Source: Podarcis tiliguerta (taxonomy: Eukaryota). Taken from it: DNA of 64,000 nt. Under the pieces are notes generated by a model. The model did not search any database. It was not told the DNA's origin and saw only the letters and a program-made list of their open reading frames with translations. Below, piece after piece: positions 40,228 through 64,000 of the stretch. A program made the translations under genes and the position numbers. The number at the start of each line of letters is the position of its first letter. Within the stretch, counting starts at the first letter, position 1. Location: the NCBI GenBank assembly GCA_965153285.1, contig OZ229117.1; one strand, written 5' to 3'.

Positions 40228-40375
40228 ATCTTCAGGTATCTGAAGAAGTGTGCATGCACACGAAAGCTCATACCAAGAACAAATTTAGTTGGTCTCTAAG
40301 GTGCTACTGGACATTTTAAAATATTTTTTATATATATTTCTACTACGTCAGACCAACACGGATACCTACCTGAAT
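40228..40375 (+). mobile_element. Solo Penelope-like element terminal repeat (pLTR) containing a minimal hammerhead ribozyme
   Basis: Layout TGAAGAAGTG-palindrome-CACGAAAGCTCA...GTTGGTCTCTAAGGTGCTAC...T-rich...AGACCAACACGGATACC, which I recognise as typical of reptile Penelope (Neptune-type) ends. Terminal inverted TTCAGGTA/TACCTGAA. Confidence 0.75.
40235..40274 (+). ncRNA. Minimal type I hammerhead ribozyme motif (PLE-HHR)
   Basis: Stem I GGTAT(40235-39)/ATACC(40270-74); core CTGAAGA(40240-46) plus one extra A; helix II GTGTGCATGCACAC(40248-61); GAAA(40262-65); palindromic AGCT in place of helix III; UC cleavage site after C40269. Confidence 0.7.
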
Positions 40376-40499
40376 CCATATCTGCAAAAATAGGTTTGGG
40401 GTGGGGAGATGTACTCCTCACCCCAGTAAAATGCCACAAGTAATTTGCATTTCACGTGCCATTATTTCGCCTTTCATTCGCTGGGCTCTGACAACATTT

Positions 40500-40701
40500 T
40501 CTGGGATACGCGGCCAAATTCAATCCCGGAACTACATGTCTCCACATCAGGGTGCTGAAGCCTGTTTTCCTGGTTACACAAGTTGGTTCACATACCTCCT
40601 ATACGGTAGTGAGAAACGAGAACTATAGCGCCTGCGCAGTGCAAGCCCGTAAGATAAACAAAAAGCGCATGCGCTTAGGGAGCCTGAGTGATAGGACAAT
40701 A
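40500..40701 (+). promoter_or_regulatory. AFG3L1 TATA-less CpG promoter with NRF1 and ETS/GABP motifs
   Basis: AAGCGCATGCGCTT palindrome at 40663-40676 (NRF1 core GCGCATGCGC), GCGCCTGCGCA at 40628-40638, and CCGGAA at 40526-40531 followed by an ACTACA motif. This set is typical of nuclear-encoded mitochondrial genes. Confidence 0.7.
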
Positions 40702-53545
<12,844 letters not shown>

Positions 53546-53853
53546 GGAAAGCAGGGCCAGCCTGAAAAGAAACGCATGGCACATTGTCCATTGGTCAAGC
53601 ACCAAGGCCTGTTTCTTTGGCTGGGGGCAGCTATGCCGAGAGACCAGCTGAGCCTCACTTTGCCATGGAATCATGGGACACTGTCAGGCTCCCCTTCCAC
53701 CAAAGGACCAGCAACAATGTTCAAGGACCACTGTCTGCAGCAAGCAACCTTCTTCAGTTCTTCTCCTCCAACAAAGGATATGAACTGGTTGCTTGGAGCA
53801 GAGAAAAACAGGTGCCCTCTCCTGAGCTGATCACAAACAGCCTCTGTGCCTCC

Positions 53854-53859
53854 AATAAA
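53854..53859 (+). terminator. AFG3L1 polyadenylation signal AATAAA
   Basis: AATAAA about 310 nt after the stop. Confidence 0.6.
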
Positions 53860-56800
53860 CTGACGCACACAGACCCAGCAGTCTGGGAAGGTAAGAGCAG
53901 GCGAGGAGTATCCTTTCCAGGAGACCGCTCTGCTTCAAGGGACCAAGGGCTGCCTTCTTATGCTCAGTGCCTTCACTCCAGCTTCCCCCCTGCTTTCCCT
54001 TCCCTTCCCCTTCCCTGCCAGCCTGCCTTGCAAATGGGCAAGAGTGAACAGCAGAAGGCCATGCAGAAGAACTCTGTGAACCTTGAGAACCCCCTGGACT
54101 TCTCTAAGGGTGGAAGTGAATAGGTCTGAATAGGAACATGGTGCTAGTTTAAATGGTGCTACTTGAATCCTTAGCTTTTAGCTCTGTTGGCATAAGGGGC
54201 CCCAGAGGCTTCTGGGGGCAGGAGCCCCAAGCAAATCCAATAGGGCCACTTCAGACCATGGCTGTCCTGTGTGCAACATCAACTGCTTTCCCATTGCCTG
54301 CGGAGCAACCTCCTTCCTTTACACAGTGCCTGTTATTTCTCACCACCAAATGCCTTCCCTGCAGAGGAGGCTTTGTCTTGAGGGCAGGAACTCCCTCCTG
54401 GTTGTTTCGGCAGTTTATACTTCAGTCTCACCCGAGTCCCTGCAAAGGCGCAGCTCAGGGCACCTTTGGGCCCTTTACTCCCTTGGAAATGTCACCTGTG
54501 GTGGGCAACCAGTGGGCTTCCATGCAAGACATCTTAGTGGCTTCAGGGCTCTATCTCCTAGATCACTGTTAGAGCAGTCAGGGCAGGAGGATATGCAGCC
54601 CAACTCACCCCCCCACCACCACTTCCAGCACTCCTTTCTTGGCACCTTGTGCTCAGTTGCCAAAAGGCTTAGAATTTGTACCTGTGAGGGTTTTGATGTG
54701 GGTGTGTTGTGCCAACTCTCTTGTAGCCGCTGCCCTTGGAACCACTTCATCCAGCCTTCCGCCAAATGCCAAATCAACCTGGCATTTGCCCATGTATTGC
54801 CCACTGGGCAGAAGTCGTCCTGAACCCCCTTACCCCACATTGGCAAAGCCTCCCATGTAAAACCTGTGTGTCGGCCTTGCCCCCCCCCCCCGCCTCCACT
54901 CCACCCCCACTGCTAGCTGCTTCTGCTGTTTACTCACTTGGATGCTGGCAGTTCCAAAGCGTTTGACCGACCAGCTTCTGAAAAAGTGACTCAGCAGAAA
55001 CAACGCTGACTAGCTCAGCAAAACTGCTGCCTTTACTGAAAGTCATATTTGCTACATTCAAAGACCAAAATAAGTTTGGGCACCACCTTCTTCCAGGAGT
55101 CCAGCATAGGAGCCATCTTCTGCAGGATGAGTTGCTTTTTTCTTTCCCTGTCCTTGAGAACCTTTGCAGGGAGTCGCATTTTCACAGGAAAGGTGCCCCA
55201 CATCTACCATATAGGTATAGGTCAGACTTATGTGTCCTTCTTGCCCAGTAATGCTGCATTCCCCAGCCTTTCCCACCAGGGGTCCTCTAGATGTTTCAGA
55301 ATGGGCTGATGGGAGCTGTAGCAATTGTAATGGTTTTGTCTGTTTTTATTGTCTTTTCTGTTGTTAAAACCTGACCTGGGACCTTAGGGTTGAACAGGGG
55401 CCACAAATCTTATAAATAAAACAGCTCAGAGCATCTGAAGAGGACCACGTTGGGGAAGACTGGCCTGCCCTGACTGTTGCAACTCTCCAGGGTCTTGAGC
55501 AGAGGTCATATGGATTGTGGGCACCTCTGAGACGCCTCTTGGCTTGCACTCAGTTCAGTAGGTTTCCCCTTCTCTCCTCTTCAGCTTTTTGCGCACATCC
55601 CATACATTTAGCCCTGTATAGAAGGAGAGACAGTGTGCTACTGAAGTGTGTGCAAGCATAACCTAATTTTAAAATGAACCACTCAAGCGCCAAAGCCTGC
55701 CCCCAAAAGGCAACCAGGTTTCTAGAGAAGAGGAAAATGTGTATCTTTTGTAAACAAAGGCAGATGTGCAAACCTTGGTAAGCAGATCTGCAGGGAGGGC
55801 AACAAGGAGCAATAGATAAAGTACCAAGTACACTACAGATAGCAGTGGTGTGATGTGTCAGTGTGGACACTACTGAATATATATCTCAGGTAAAATGGGA
55901 GGTATATGGAGGCTGAAGGAGGTGTGCAGGATTAGCAGATTGTGACGAAGCCACTGATGAGGGGGAACAAATCAGGTTGGGCACAAGTCACCCCCAGTTG
56001 AGCCTCAGTGTTATCATTAGGGAGCAAGAAAACACAGTTTGCAAAAAGCAGATTTTGTGGGCTCTGCAGCTGCTGGCTGGAAACTTACAGCAGCCCCCCC
56101 CCCACCATCTCACTTCCATTGTGCTGTGGATTCTGACTTCAGCAGCCTTTCCTTCCATGCAAGGACTAGGGAAGGAATCTGTTGGACTTAGGAATGCAAG
56201 TGTATTTATTTGATAAACAGCCTGTTTTCTTCTGCATGTGGGTTTGTTTGTTTCCTTGCTTCATAAGAACAAAGCAAAACAACAGAAAAAGCAATGATTT
56301 TGCTTTAATGGTTCAGACTGCATTGCCAGGACAGGACACACCCTGTGATCTATTGCTGGGTCTGTTCCACAGCTTTAGAGGCCACTGCTGTCTGACCCCA
56401 GGGGTTTGGAGGGGGGGGCAGCAATAAATCATAACTGGGCACATCCAAACTTCAAACCCCAAGTGCAGAAACCTGGATTACACACGTCTGTTGAGTGAAT
56501 GACAAGACAGTGGTGTGCAGGGCATCATCAAGGTCAGACCTGGGTCTGCAAGGTCGATTGGGCAGTTTTCTTGCTCATGGCACCAGCAAGTGGATTGTGT
56601 GACAGAGTCAACGCTGTGGCCCAGCCCCAAGAACAGCAAAGGACACGTTGGGTCATCGTTAGGTGATATCCAGCACACTTCTGATTAGCTCCTGTAAAAG
56701 CTGTAGTTCTGCCACACTGCCTCAGCCAGAGCAACTGAGACTTTATTTTGCCAGCTCTTACACCTTGCCCAATGAGAGGCCAAGAGCTGGGTAAGAAGTA

Positions 56801-59800
56801 TCTGGAAGTGCCACCTTCCTTCCTGACCCCTGTTCATTGTGTGCCTGCAGAAAAGCTCTGGTTGGTCCTCTGTGCCCAGGTAAATACTGTTGCGTGTGCT
56901 GAGTATTGCAGAGGGAGCAAAGGAGCCCCCAGCTGAGCAACTGGCTTGTTGACAGTAACTACAGGCTGAGCATAGGGGCTTCCTGGCCTGTGTACTACCC
57001 AGGAATGGCACATTATTAGATGGTGATCACTAGTATCTCTTAACGTTGTGCAGGGTGCAGGTGTCTCATTAACTTGGCATCAAGAACCCTCCATTTGAGC
57101 TCCTCTGGGTGGACCTGTTGGCATGAGGAAGGAGGGCGCAAGAGAACGGTATGGGTGATTCTAGCTGCTGCTCCTAGAAAATTTGGTTCTGTGGCTTTAA
57201 GAAACCCTGATTGCTGTGAAGGACAGCCTCCAGCAGCTTTTGAGCAGAGACCCCAGGGGTGATCTGTCAGGGTTATTGAGGCTGCCTTCTTCCACCTGCG
57301 CACAATGCAAGGCCACAGGAATTGTGCTTTGCCAAGAGTGAGCAACCCAAGAGGTGAGTCTCCAAGCATGAAGGGGCTGGACTTGATGGAAACATGAACT
57401 CGCCACCTGGAAGAGCTTCGTGGCCTTTGCCTTCAAGTGGCCTCGATGCTGTCACTGTGCCAAGTGAGAAAAATGCAGCTTGCCAGGGAAGTCTGTCCTG
57501 ACCAAGCAGAGCTGTGTGGCCTTGGCTCCCCTGCTCCCCTTGCCTCTGGGCCTCTGTAATTGTGCTGATCTGGTGGTATCCCTGCTGCAGCTTCCTGCCT
57601 CCACTTTGGCCAACAAAGCTGACTGTTCCTCAGATCATTGCAAGGATGAAACCAGCCTCACGTCCTCCAGAAGAGGCTGCTTTTCAGTGATGTCCCTCTT
57701 CTGCTACAAGCCCCAGTTAGATCCAGCTTAAATTGGCATAGGGACTCAGGGTTGGCTTCTGGTTCCTGTGTTATAAACAACAAACTGGGTTTCGTGAACT
57801 GGAAGGGTGTGGATGCACTTGAGAGCATCCCTGCAAACAGCTGAATTTGGCTGTGGAAGCAAAGGATCAATTTGGGAAGCAGGCAGCTGTTGTTCTCCCT
57901 GAGCCCCCTCTCGGCACATGCACACACACATTCCCTGGTGGCTCATATGTCATCTGGGCATCATGATACACCAGCATTTCCACTTCAGCTGGCTGCGAGA
58001 TCAGCTTGTGCTGCAATCAGCAGATGCTTATCTGTTAAGCCGTGAAACTCTGGACAGGCCTCAGAGTCCTCGTCATCTACGCTCTGCACTCCACAATGGG
58101 GCTTGAAAGTTTATCTCCTCTGGCGTGGCAGGCAAAGTGGAGAGGGCTGAGGGCTGTGCATTTTTGAATTCCCAAAGAGGAGGAAGGAGGGCATCTGCAG
58201 CTCCATTTGTCTTGACACAAATCCCTCTTGCCTTAAGATGCCAGCATTTTGCTGCAGAGGATGGAGGCTGCTGCTTGCTACAGACTCGTCCCAGGAATGC
58301 ATGAGAAGATTTTGTCCCCCTCTGATCTGTTTGGCAAGGAAACCGGCTTTAAACTAAGGCCCAGACCACCTCTCTTGGTGGCTGTCAAGAAATGCAGCAT
58401 TCCCTTCGCCCATGGCTACTGCGGTGTCTCAGGCTGTGGAGCTGCTCCCCCCCCCACTCCCTCCCCCAGAAAGATGCAGTCACCCAGAACCGGGCTGTGC
58501 AGTTACTCTGTAGGCTTTGGGGCTTGTGCGGTGCCCCCGTCTCCGTTGGAGGTCCGGAGAGTCAGTGTGGTTGATGGATTAGAGGGCTGGGCTGAGCTCT
58601 GGCCTGTGGTCCCACCTAACTGAATGGCCTCAGCTGCAAGTCGCCACCTCTCAGCCTCTGGTTCAATGTCACTGACAGGCATGTTTCGATAGCAAACACA
58701 GTAAGGATTGCGGCACATTTGCAAAGTGAATGGAGCAACATGATTTGAATGGTGTAGGGCTGGGAGAGAGAAGCTGCTGTTCCTGCCCCATCCTAGCTTT
58801 CCCATCCTGAGAAGGTGAGGGAGGGGGAGAGGGGATGCAACCCTCTGGGTCTAGCTAACTGGGTGCCAACAGCAGGTGCCCAGTCTGCCAAGTGGCAACA
58901 CCAAGTGGCTGACCAGCCCTGGTGAGGAAGGTAAGGTAAACTGGACACTGGGCCAGTTTCTGAGGCCCAAAAACCTCAGGAGGGAACAAGAGGGTGTGTA
59001 AGCCTTGGGAGGAGCCTGTGCTGAAGGGGACCCCAGAGACTGAACTAACTCCCTGTCACTGCTACAAGGGCATTCAGGCACCAGAGTGCCACCACTAGGG
59101 GAAGCACAAGCTGGGTCCAGCACTTGGCTGAGAGCTTCTGGTTTAATGCACAACAGGGCAAGAAGCGTGCCTCTTTCCACCGGCACAAAGAGCCCCCCCC
59201 CCCCCAGTTCACAAGGGGACGTACCATAGGATGGGCTTAGCTGCTCAATTCGGTCCTGCTCCTTCCTGGCTTCCAAGCAGTTGTTGTGGAGGGAGCTCTT
59301 CCTCCTCCTGAGAATGCACAGAGTTGGAGGAGAAGCGTGCAGCTGCCCTGATGCTGAGCCAGGCCAAGCCTGTGGATGCTGTGTGCTAAGAAGACCAAAA
59401 CCCCAAAGCAGCAGCTGGGAGTTAAGGCCACTGGGAAGAAAATGTGCTTTCGGAAGTGAGGGCTGGTTCCACCCTTTCCCAGCAGGTCCTCCTGGCAGCT
59501 GGACTTTTGGCTTCACCGCATATCCTGGAAGTGTTGTAGAAATGGTTCTGAGTTTCCCCCGGGTTCCTTTGGTATAACAAGGTTCCTTTTCCTGGCTGAG
59601 ACGCTGCCTCCCATCACCCCACCATTGCTCAAGGCACGTGGCTGAAGAAGGGGAGCTTTTTCTCTATTGCTGTGTGCTTCAAGCCGCTCTCCCTCTCCCG
59701 TTTCTACTCGTCCCCAGCAAGGTAGCCTCTTGTTGGTGTGTCCATCGCCACTGGCTTTGTTGAGAAGGTAGCAGCAGAAGGTTCAAAAGTGCCTAAAGGA

Positions 59801-60077
59801 AACAGGGCCGCAGCCGTCTCCCCTAGACGTGGCATCTGCTGCCTGGTGGTGATGGCAATGCAAAGAAGGTCCTGATGGGCAAATGTGACTCATGGCCGGG
59901 GGCTAAGTGAAATGATTTTAACACAACCAGCAAGACTGGCAAATGTCTTGACCTGGGAGGGAGGGAGGGAGGCAGAGGAGGCGGCAGAATGAATGTCTCT
60001 TAAGGTCACAAATTGCTTGGAATTTGTGGTTAGTGCAAGAGTGAGTGTTGGCACCTTGGTCTGGCTTCTGGCTCTCG

Positions 60078-60517
60078 TTATTCTTCTTTCGGCTTCTCCA
60101 CAGTAAGGAAAGTGTCTGCTTTGCTGGCCTGGAGCTCCGAGTCGCTGAGGTGCTTCTTCTCCCGGCCCTGATCCCCTTTTGACCTCGTCCAGGACGGGGA
60201 GCGCAGGTAGCCGGCCCGGGGGTTAGGGTGGGGGTGGGGGTGGGGGTGCAGACCTATGCCGAGAGAAAGAAAGGCAGGTCGGGACTGACCAGCACACCTG
60301 GTTGCTTCCTCACACCGACAGACCTTTCGTTAGGACTGCGATATGTCCGGAATTTCCCAAACATATCTGGGGATTTGTCCACCAAAAATAGCGTCCAGGC
60401 AGAATTTTCAGAAATCGTTTAGAATGCCTGGGAAAATCCAGGTATATGACAGCCTACATTGGAAGTGTTGGGTTGTTGTTGTTTTTTTGCAAATTCCCTA
60501 TTTTAAAAAGCTCAAAA

Positions 60518-60564
<47 letters not shown>

Positions 60565-63500
60565 TGAGATTTTGCAAAAATCAGGGCTCAGCCACCCTTT
60601 CGTCTGCCCGTTTTCTGATTGCATTGTGTACCAACTTATTCCCCCAGATCTAAGAGCTTCCCCATTGTTCTGTGGCTGTGCCTTGAGAAAAATCCATTGT
60701 ACCCGTTGACTCAATAGCTCAGTAAGCAACATCTCTCTTCAGATTTTCTATGCATCTACGAAGATCCAGTTCAGTGGGTAAGAACTGATTTTCGCAAGGC
60801 ACAGCTGCAGAACAATGAGAAAACCTCTCGGACCCTGGGGAATTACCATATTTTTCCATGTATAACACGCCCCCATGTATAAGACGCCCCCTATTTTTGG
60901 GGACTCCAAATTAAGAAAATGGCAAATGGCAGCCAATCGCCAGCAGTCCTCACAGCCACCAATCAGCAGCACTACCAGCACTATCGCCACTGAGAATCTC
61001 CTGCTCGAAGCTGCAACCAATCGCCCAACCCCACTCTGCACTACCCAAGTATAAGACGAGGGATAATTTCAAAGCTAATTTTTAAATTAAAGACCCTCGT
61101 CTTATAGACGGAAAAGTATGGTAATCAGGTCACAATGCAATCAAAATACAAGTCAATTTTGGACGAGCCCTTAATTTATGACCCATCTTTCCACATACTG
61201 GGTATCAAAGGCAGCTATCTGAAGCAATGTACAATAAAAACAAAACAAATATCCAAAGCAGATAAAACAACAACAGAGCAGAAGAGAGGCAGATTAAAAC
61301 AGTAGCCAACTTAAAATTCTCAGTGAGTAACACAAAGTCCTCCCACTCCGGCAAGGGGCAGCTAGTCATGCGCAACGCCAGCTCCCAGCTGTGTCCACAT
61401 CAAAGGACACATCCAGCTAGTTCTGTGGGGCCTTGATGAGCAGCTCACGTGGGTCTCCCTTGCTGAAGTGGCGGCCTGTGCAGCCAATACATTTTGCAAG
61501 GCCTGCTCAAAATCAAATAAGCTCCCTTTCCAGACGCAGCCTCCCAGTGAAAGAGGGAGGACTTTGAGCCTCGCATTTTCTGTGAAGAAGTAGAACAGAA
61601 GTGTGGGATCCACTGGGTGTTTTTAGCAGATCTCCTGTGAGTCTGCTTCTGTGTGATCCATGCACATGATGGCCGATAATAACAAATCCAAAAGCCGACC
61701 TGCAGCCTGGATTTCCCTCCCTGCCTCTTCTTGTCTGCTGAGAGTGCAGGGAACTCTCCTCATTAATTCCACTCACACTTTCCCACCAAGGAGGCTGATC
61801 TGCATTTCCACTCCATCTGTGTCACTGGGATGCAGCTGCTGCCTCCACAGACACCATCGCAGACACCCTCTTCATACCCCTCTCAGCACAGCTGCTCATC
61901 GTGCCATTGCTCTGGGAGGGGCAGGAGAAGAGGGCCTGGAATCATGGGGTGGGGGAGCCCTCCCTCCTCCCTACACACACAGCGCACAAGCCCTCCCTAG
62001 AGCAATAGCTTGCGCATCATCCTCAAGCAGATAATGAGGACATCATCACTCAGAGGAGAACCAGCTTGCCCCAGGGAGAAGCTTGATATTTTCCACAATC
62101 AAAGAGAACATCCTCTAAGCCAAAGTGTCTCCCTTTCTGAGACACCTGTCAAATGCTATCTGTTTTCTGAGACTCTTGGCACAGCTGGGCTGCTTAATGA
62201 GGCGCACACACACCCCTACCGGCATGCTTGATTAAGCAGATTTCACACTGTCACTCCATGCTTAGGTTCCTTATCATCACAGGTGGGGTTGATTGGCTCA
62301 GGTGACCTTTCTGCTGCAGCAGCTCTGCCTGGAGTGATGTGCAAGCCCCACAAGGCAGTTACCAGGACTCTTCCCCCCGCCACTGCCCTAGTCTTTGTGC
62401 CCTAGATCTTGCCTAGCTGATTAAAAGCATCTTACTCTGTTTGCAATCCTGTTCCCACTTAACTGGGAGTAAGCACCATAGAACTCAGTGGGACTTACCT
62501 CTGGCTAGAGATGGATAAGATTACGCTGCAAGAATTGGGCCTCATAGACTCACTCTTGTGCACTGAACATCAACAGTTTTTTAAAAAGTAATTTTGAGAA
62601 TTAGATGCATGAGGAAAAAGGAAAAGGAAATTAGGGCACCTGAGTACAGAAACATACTTTGCGGAGCCGTAAGGCACCATACAGAGTTGCCATTTTGCAA
62701 CTGAATATGCTTCAGGTTGGATCGCAACAGATCTCAGGGCATACATCTGGTGTTTAGGCCCTTTGTGGCATCATGTCTGAACTGCTTCTGGTTAAACTTA
62801 AAGCCTGGGGAGGGGAACAACAGACCAGAATTATACTGAAATCAATAAAATCCTACTGAATGGGGTAACAACATTAATTCCGGCCAGCAGGAACTATGGT
62901 ATAAAAAGGAAAGCATTCTAAGAAGCTGCAAAACTTTGTTTGTGGTTAGAAAATTTTCTAGGATCAAAACTGGAGAGCAGAGTCGCCTCTCCAGATATGC
63001 TTCTCCTAAGTAATCTCACACTTGCAAGTGAGATTACTAGAGGGTGGGATGGGTGGAAAGTTGTCAGCTGACCCCCCCCCCCCGGGATAAGGCACTTGCT
63101 TAGCTGCTTTGCAAAGCCAATTTATGTGACACTGCCTCTGCCCACATGCCTAGCAGGATGAGTGCCACATTGATCATCAGATCTGCAGCCATTGGCTCGA
63201 CCCAGCAGTCTCGTCTTGCACTCTTTTGTCAAGGATGATAGGAGTTGTAGTCCAGCAACATTTCAAGGGCCACAGCTTGCTGATCCCTCTTTTGAATCCC
63301 AACATGTTTCTCCCCCAGCCTTTGGAGCTATCTTAGGTCTATGCAGATGTATGCAGTTGGAATTGACTAATTAGTTCCTCCATTTTAAAGCTTGCATAAT
63401 TAATTGGTTTAAGATTCAATCAAGAGAGCACGCTTACCAGCAGGGGATTCATTGCCTGTGTTCTCATCATCAGAGTCCGCAAAGACCTCTGCCAGCTCCT

Positions 63501-63578
63501 GGTCAGACATGTCTGTAAGCTCAGTTAGGTCCAGAAGGTCAAAGTGCACCTCGAGGGAGGAGACGCTGCTCAAAGGTT
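60078..63578 (-). CDS. DBNDD1: Dysbindin domain-containing protein 1, last two coding exons (5' exons lie beyond the window)
   Basis: Minus-strand exon 63578-63438 (141 nt) encodes [46 protein letters not shown]. Exon 60253-60078 encodes [62 protein letters not shown] boundaries and phase-1 junctions agree. The ORF track misses both exons. Confidence 0.93.
60518..60565 (+). repeat. (CTTT)12 microsatellite
   Basis: Directly visible, in the last intron of DBNDD1. Confidence 0.95.
60846..61121. mobile_element. Tc1/mariner superfamily (Tc2/pogo-like) MITE
   Basis: TIRs CCATATTTTTCCATGTATAA / TTATAGACGGAAAAGTATGG, flanked by TA on both sides, with an internal repeated GTATAAGACG. Confidence 0.75.
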
Positions 63579-64000
63579 CTGTGGAGACAAGATGTCAGTG
63601 AGAACCATGACCAGTTAGGCAGTGTGGGAACAGATGAGAAGGCCCTCTGATAGGGTCAGTTGTCCTGGACTCGGACATGCCCTCCCCACACTGCAGATGG
63701 TCTGCAGGCTGAGGCCTGAGAGGGAACACTGGCGAGTTAATGGCAGAGGCAAGATTTGAGCCAGGGACTTTCCTGATTCTGTAGCTCAGCCTTTTAGCCT
63801 CTGCACTTTAAATGAATGCAAAGTATGCTTCTTATTTGTGGAAAGCTCCCAGATGGGCCTTTCTGCAGCTCCCAGGAGATGCAGCTGTAAGGGAATCCAG
63901 GGTCTCAGGGAGAGTTGCTGAGCTGGGCTGGGGCCCCAGAAAGCTCTTTGCCTTCTCCTACAGCCAGCAGAGAGCCAACTCCTTCCTTCCAGGTTTTACT

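Noticed and set aside
58851-59516. 221-aa minus-strand ORF downstream of the DBNDD1 stop
   Set aside because: Non-ATG start, runs through a homopolymer G tract and has no motif; most likely 3'UTR.

Overview
Vertebrate genomic DNA from a squamate reptile; the Sauria-SINE and Penelope variants suggest a lacertid lizard (inference). The window holds the conserved amniote synteny block MC1R(+) - TUBB3(+) - DEF8(+) - AFG3L1(+) - DBNDD1(-), equivalent to human 16q24.3. I reconstructed the exons by hand from splice signals and reading phase. MC1R has a single coding exon (314 aa). TUBB3 has 4 exons (450 aa) with a 146-nt N gap in exon 4. DEF8 has 11 coding exons (452 aa). AFG3L1 is an intact 17-exon m-AAA protease subunit (~770 aa) that is a pseudogene in human. 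Only the last two coding exons of DBNDD1 fall in the window. Introns and spacers carry CR1 LINE 3' ends, tRNA-derived and Sauria SINEs, hAT and Tc1/mariner MITEs with visible TIRs/TSDs, and a solo LTR. The most notable observations are: (1) a Penelope-like terminal repeat with a minimal hammerhead ribozyme between the DEF8 polyA site and the AFG3L1 promoter; (2) a splice donor overlapping the MC1R stop codon, as used for human MC1R-TUBB3 chimeras; (3) a putative MC1R 5'UTR intron containing a uORF; (4) a near-consensus REST/RE1 site in TUBB3 intron 1; (5) a His-Pro repeat expansion in DBNDD1. I see no clearly new multi-gene system. All calls are by eye, without database searches.
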